A DNA stretch of 56,640 nucleotides, counting the filler, from Basidiobolus ranarum (taxonomy: Eukaryota), in the NCBI GenBank assembly GCA_040143965.1. It is 5 parts of 5 records of this genome, joined end to end, with 100 filler letters (N's around TTAATTAATTAA, not from the genome) between each part and the next. Parts side by side here need not be neighbours in the genome. Positions count along the whole stretch, not along the records: positions 45,433 to 56,640 come from JASJQH010000629.1; 4 more parts are not named here. One strand, 5' to 3'. Below the pieces are notes generated by a model. The model saw only the letters and a list, made by a program, of their open reading frames with translations, was not told the origin of the DNA and did no database searches. Position 1 is the first letter of the stretch; each line of letters opens with the position of its first letter. The position numbers and the translations under genes are program-made. This document shows, piece by piece, positions 50,745-56,640 of the stretch.

Positions 50745-53700
50745 ATGAACTCTTATTATCAAACCCATAACGAAAGACTCGGCCAACCTAAAGCTCACAA
50801 TAACTCAAGAGAAGATAGTCGCTATGAAAGCGATTCCTACTATCCCAACTCGAATCACTCAGCTTCAACTCTAGCTAATTCACAGTCAAGAAATTTTAAC
50901 TACCAAAAAGTAAGTTGCGTTGATGCATTCACAATCGAAATATTTTTCTTAGCTACTCTACTATTGAAACCAAATTAATCCTTCATTCTGAATTTCTAAA
51001 AGGAGGACAGCCATCGACGTCTGGCATCTAGGGCGTATGGCTTAGAATTAAACGTAGATAATCTTGATGAAAATAGTTACCTACCATTTGATAAAATTAA
51101 TGAAGAGAGGTATAATTCTCACTCTCAGTTCAGGGGCTCTTCCCATTATTCCAATGGACCGAATCCAAATTTCATCCCAACTGGATTAAATCCTCCTATG
51201 AATTTGAATACTCGTCGTAATAGTCTCCCCTTTGGAAATAGCAGAAATCATGATCATTATCGACTTGCACGCTTGGAAACACATCTCCATTTACCGGGAC
51301 TTGGTGATTTGCATTCACCTGAGTTGGCTCAACCAATACTTCCCAATTTCTTGTTGAGTGGAGAATATGATTCACCAGACTTGGAACATTCGATATACGG
51401 AAATATCAATGGGAATACACCTGGCAGACAACCATGGACAGAAGCCTCCTCTTCACATTATCCTTCAGGACAGCTTCATTTTCCCAGTAATCACCAGGAA
51501 AATGCTAGACTTGGTATGAGAGCTCCCATAGAACAACTTGATTCTTATGCACCCTTCAAGTCTAATGGATACACCTCCAACAAGATGATGAATGGAAGCT
51601 ATACAATGGGAGAAAATATACGCGCACCACAAGAGAAAAATGGAACTATGGAATTGAAATATCAAGGTAAATTCAATTTTTTGAAAAAGTGCATGTACTC
51701 AGAATATCTAACATATCAATTTTAGCAAATCAAATTCTCTCTATGCTGCATTCCAAGACACCTTCACAAGATATGTGTCAAGAGCAGACATCATTTCACA
51801 CAGGTAAATTTTATGATAACGTTTTATGTGTTTGTTCTTCGTAGCCAGTGCCGAAAATCTAACACTCTTGCATTTTGTGTGTATAGCCGGTAGTTCATTT
51901 AGACAATTCGGATATGGTATTGACGAATCTCTGAATTCCATGATATTACATCACACATATTAACTCTTTACTTTGGAATAGATCAAAGCCGAAAGTTTTT
52001 ATATGATAGATACTGCTCAGAAGAGGTCCTAACCGAGGGATTGCAATTGGGAACTATCCTAAAAGGCACATTGAGAATAAATAAGCGAAATCGCTCCGAT
52101 GCCTACGTAACCACCGAGGAACTGGATCAAGATGTGTATATCTGTGGAAGCCGATTGCGAAATCGTGGTTTAGAAGGTGATACAGTAGCCATTACTCTCC
52201 TTGATCAACAAAAGGTACTTGAAATTCGTCAACAACGAAACCGAGATGCAGAGAAACGCGGTAGAAAAATCAAATGTACCGAGAAGGAAGAGAATGACGC
52301 AGAGCCCAAATATTATGGACAGGTGGTCTCTATTCTACAGCGTGGTGGAGGCAACGTTTACTCAGGAGCCTTAATGTTGAATCGACCAAATTCGAAATGC
52401 AACGAATCAGAAGACCAACAAACTAACAAAGTGAGAGAGAATGATTCTAAAGCATTCCATAAGAAACCGCGTATTGTATGGTTCAAGCCATCTGACAAGA
52501 GATTACCTTTGATGGTGCTGCCAATTGACGAGGCACCTCATAATTTCATGGAAAAGCATTTAGAGTATGCGAATCAAATCTTTCTGGTATCCATCAAACG
52601 TTGGCCACCCACCACTCTACACCCATTCGCTACCCTAGTTGGGGAACTGGGTCAAGTGGGAAATATTGAAGCTGAAACTGCTGCTATACTAGCTGACTGC
52701 GATATTGCCAGTGAAAACTTTGACGAAGGTGTCCAAGGATGTCTTCCATCGATGCCTTGGTCAATACCTGACAGTGAATATCAATCGAGAAAAGATTTAC
52801 GTGAAGATCGTCTTTTCACTATCGATCCATCAACAGCCAAAGATTTAGATGACGCAGTCTCCTGCAAGCGTTTGGATGATGGAAATTACCTTATTGGAGC
52901 GCATATTGCTGATGTCTCCTACTTTGTGCGTCCAGGCACTCCCTTAGACCGAGAAGCTCGGAAAAGAGCAACCTCGGTGTACTTGATCCAAAAGGTCATA
53001 CCCATGCTGCCACCAGTACTATGTGAAGAGCTCTGCAGTTTGAATCCGGGGGTGGACAGACTAGCATTCTCTGTAATGTGGAAGATGACACCTGATGCCA
53101 GAATCATCGACATGTGGTGTGGAAGAACTGTTATCAAATCGTGTGGAAAGCTTTCATATGAAGCAGCCCAAAATGTAATTGATGGTAACCATTTAGATAT
53201 GGGCGTCAAGATTTACGATCAATCTCGCGAGGAAGTAGAGGAAGATATTCGCACATTCCATAAACTCTCACTTGCTCTACGAAAGATGCGCTTCGATAAT
53301 GGTGCATTATCCATCGACTCCATTCGACTAGCATTTCAATTGGATCAATCCTCCACTCCAACATCATGCTCTGTATATAAAACTCAAGACAGTAACCATC
53401 TAATCGAAGAATTCATGTTATTAGCAAACATCACAGTCGCGCAATTGATTTCATCTGCTTACCCAGAACAAGCATTACTTCGCCGCCACGCTTCTCCAAT
53501 TGAAAGAAGGATGAATGACTTTGTTAAATCAGCAAGAAATCTTGGTTACGAGATTGATCCTGAAAACTCTGGAACCTTACAACGTTCACTGGCTGGAATA
53601 GACTCCCAAGAAGCTCAACAAATACTTAAAATTCTATGCATTAAACCTATGCAACGAGCCAAGTATATTTGCACTGGTACTATGGATGAGAGTAATTTTA

Positions 53701-54663
53701 AGCATTTCGCGCTAAATATCCCCTTCTATACGCACTTTACCTCGCCAATTCGCCGTTATGCCGATATTATAGTTCACAGAACTTTGCAGCAAGCTTTGAT
53801 AGGTAGTCCTCGCTTTTTCTTGAGCAAGGATGAAGTGCAGAAGGCTGCAGCTCAGTGCAACGTCAAGAAAGATAATGCTAAGGCTGCTCAAGAGATGAGC
53901 TCACAGTTGTACCTCTCATACTACTTGAACTCACTGATTGAAAAGCATGGAGAAATAGAATGTGATGCCGTGGTAATAGACGTTCATGATAGTTCATTTG
54001 ATGTATTAGTTCCTAGTTACGGATTAGAGAAACGTATCCACCTCGAGAAGCTTCCTCTTCGAAATGCCATATTCAAATCGGAAGATTTCAAGGAGCTTAG
54101 CTTATTTTGGAATACGAGTAAAGATATGGGCCAAGAAGAAAGCAAAGTGGGAGAAGATACGGAAGAAGACCTTACCGAAGAGTATGAAGAGCTTTTGACC
54201 GATGATTCCGATGAACTTGACTTGGAAAGTTTAACGTTGAAACGGGAAGAAAATATTATTGAAAAGCTATACCCAGATACACCAAGATCATTTTCCAATG
54301 GTAATAATGTTTATAACTATTCATTTGTTTTTCAACCAACTAATAATTCGTTCAACATAAGATTCGGTCAGTGAAATAAGCAATTCGCCTGCATCGTCAG
54401 AATCAAGCAAGATTCGATTCACGAGCAGTGATAGTGTTAGTAGCTACTCTAGTTCGCCCAAGAGTGTGGCCCTCGATGACCTGGATATTTGTGGAAATAG
54501 CTTAGGTTTACTTGATCATGTTGTGTCAAAGCATGAAGAAATATGTCAAGAAAGTTGTGTTCAAAACCTTCGAATCTTCGATCACCTTAGAGTATGCATC
54601 ACTGTTGATATCCAAAGATCCCCAGCGTTAATTGGGGTAATTGCCAAAAATCCATTTCAGTAA
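50745..54663 (+). CDS. DIS3L2: Dis3L2/Ssd1-family RNB 3'-5' exoribonuclease, ~1185 aa, catalytic motif intact
   Basis: Exons 50745-50909, 51003-51666, 51726-51803, 51887-51916 (probable micro-exon), 51982-54300 and 54362-54663. Motifs GTLRINKRNRSDAYV, RNRGLEGD, WFKPSDKRLP, FTIDPSTAKDLDDA and YTHFTSPIRRYAD; no PIN domain. Confidence 0.9.
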
Positions 54664-55146
54664 GCGATTAAGCAATATTTATCGATAAATGAGTCTCATC
54701 TCTTTGCGCGGCATATATTATATTGTATACCATTGTAGAGTATAGTAACTTTTTTTGGATATCTTTTACAAACATTTCTCATTTTCTCCTTTACTTTCTT
54801 TTACGTCCTGATAGAAGTGCACCCACAATATTCCAATAAATAAACTTTTTAACTTATGATATTCTTTACTTGACATCGAAGCATTAGTGGAAGAGTGGCA
54901 AGTAGAGTTGAGAAATCCACTAAAGATGCACTCTTTTGGATCATGAATTCTACTCCTTCTATCCCTAACCCTAATCTACTATTTGTTTAACTTGGAGGGT
55001 AATTTAAGATTAACTTAAACATCAAAACACAAAACCAATCACTAACCGAAATGAGGCATTTAGAAGCCTATTTCATTCACGTATTTTAGTTAGGTTCTAT
55101 AATTAGCTTTGTACACAACAAATACGATACAAATATCATTTCTGGT

Positions 55147-56478
55147 ATGAGTTTTACCTCCAGGTCAGCTTCACCGTCACCTCTCCATGTAGAGGATGCC
55201 AACTCTTTAGGTTAGTTATTCTCATATGAAAAGAAATAGAGGACTTTTAAACAGCGGGTAGTTAACTTTCTTTTCCACCCTTTCGTTGGTTCAAGCAACT
55301 TCAAGGACAAGTTACGAAAGTAAAAGTGAAAGACAACACAGAGAGATATGTGAAAAATTATCTTCATTGTTGAATAAATTTCAGTCCTCCAGAATCGGGT
55401 AAATATACTTCTTTTTATTTGAAATATTTCCTTTCTTTTCTCTTCTCTTTTCACTTGATCCTCTCTCTTTTACCTTCCATTTTTCTTCCTTATTCTGGTA
55501 ACTTGGAAAGTAACTTTTATGTGGATTTTATTAGACTTTATGAGGAGATACAAGCCAATTTGGAGAAGGAATTACGTCAGGTTTTCGAGGGTACGTGGAG
55601 AAGGGAATGTTTTTGTAGTTTGGTCACTAAATGGCATGAAATATTTCTTAGGGGGTTTCGAGGAATATACGGAACAAATAGAAGAGCTTAATATTTTATG
55701 TGAAGAAAAACTAGTGGCAGCTTCACTTCACCGAGATCATCATATATCACAACTTGAAAAGGAATATGAAGCGGAATTAGAACGAGCGCAAATTGAATAC
55801 GTTGTAAGAGAAAAAGATTAGAGTTACCATAGAAAATTCCATATCTAAAGTATAATCTAGAAAGAAAAAGAATCTTTAAAAGAACGTATGATCGTACAAA
55901 TTGAGGAGAAGAAGAAGAAATTACGGGAAGATAAAGATCTTCTGGAAATCACTAATGGTCGTTCTTTTTACTTGCTCATATATTTTCTTTATCTCCCCCC
56001 CCCCTCCACATTTCACTAATGATTTCTCTAATTTAGATATCGCCATCGAATCGTCCGCCCGTGTTCATAACACAAGAAAACATCGTAAGAAAGATGCAAA
56101 TCACCACGATGGACGCCCTAGCAGTAAGAGACGACATATGACTGATATCCTTTCATTTCTTTTGTTTCCTCCGTTCCCATTATTGGCATCGTTGCATTGT
56201 ACTCCCAATCATATGTCTCTAATCCTTAACCTGAATCACCTGATGTGATGATTTTGCAGCTAAAAGACCAAGACATCTCCCAAGATATAGCGTTGATCCA
56301 GAAGGTAAGGACTAGTAGGAAATAACTTACTCTACCGACAGAACACAAACCAGCTATCATAATGCAGGGACATGGACAACAGCTTAGCGAGTGTAGTGAT
56401 GAAGAGACCAATACAAGCACTTCAAATCATCATTGTAATGGATCATCTCATAAGAAATCCACCAAGCACCGGCGATAA
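55147..56478 (+). CDS. SDS3: Sds3/BRMS1-family Sin3-HDAC subunit, ~251 aa, 8 exons
   Basis: Exons 55147-55210, 55296-55398, 55535-55590, 55652-55803, 55861-55957, 56037-56144, 56240-56304 and 56368-56478 join in frame. Coiled coil EKEYEAELERAQIEYVKEKESLKERMIVQIEEKKKKLRED and C-terminal LKDQDISQDI block. Confidence 0.82.
56145..56239 (+). other. U12-type (minor spliceosome) AT-AC intron, 95 nt
   Basis: 5' site ATATCCTTT, branch site TCCTTAAC at 56223-56230 and 3' site CAC at 56237-56239. Removal restores the reading frame. Confidence 0.9.
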
Positions 56479-56520
56479 CTAGGTCTCCATTCTCGATCCT
56501 TTGATAAGGTTTTGAATTAA

Positions 56521-56548
56521 ATTGAATTGAATTGAATTGAATTGAATT
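56521..56548 (+). repeat. (ATTGA)n microsatellite, ~5.5 units
   Basis: attgaattgaattgaattgaattgaatt, just 3' of the SDS3-like stop codon. Confidence 0.9.
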
Positions 56549-56640
56549 CACACTCTATTCTACTTGAATCAATTGTGTGAATTTACGTATTCTATATATA
56601 CACAAATATTTATACTACATCTGGCTCGATCAGCCACTCA

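Overview
Eukaryotic, intron-rich (mostly 50-80 nt GT-AG introns), AT-rich fungal DNA. Gene content and a minor-class intron suggest an early-diverging fungus (Zoopagomycota/Mucoromycota-like; inference). The window is not one locus. It is five contigs of decreasing length (11292, 11262, 11255, 11223, 11208 bp) joined by identical 100-bp N44-TTAATTAATTAA-N44 linkers. I support 16 protein-coding loci: a C2H2 transcription factor, a TLC-domain protein, a small GPI-anchor candidate, EXO1, a PHO8-type alkaline phosphatase, ERV1 (partial), an ear-less beta-adaptin, ADA3/NGG1, a ZZZ3-like protein, an SSUH2-like protein (partial), COQ1 with an in-frame TAG, RPL25, SCOT/OXCT1, a ferroportin, DIS3L2 and an SDS3/BRMS1-family gene. 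There are also decayed, CpG-depleted Ty1/copia elements with a ~346-bp LTR. Most notable: (1) a consensus AT-AC U12-type (minor spliceosome) intron in the SDS3-family gene; (2) ADA3 directly next to a ZZZ3 orthologue, both subunits of the nominally animal-specific ATAC complex; (3) an in-frame stop in an otherwise intact COQ1; (4) head-to-tail stacked LTRs, each upstream LTR apparently missing its terminal base; (5) a catalytically intact Dis3L2 with an Ssd1-like N-terminus. Exon boundaries were read by eye; most full models were checked for frame (the ADA3 and ZZZ3 models only in part). No database searches were run.
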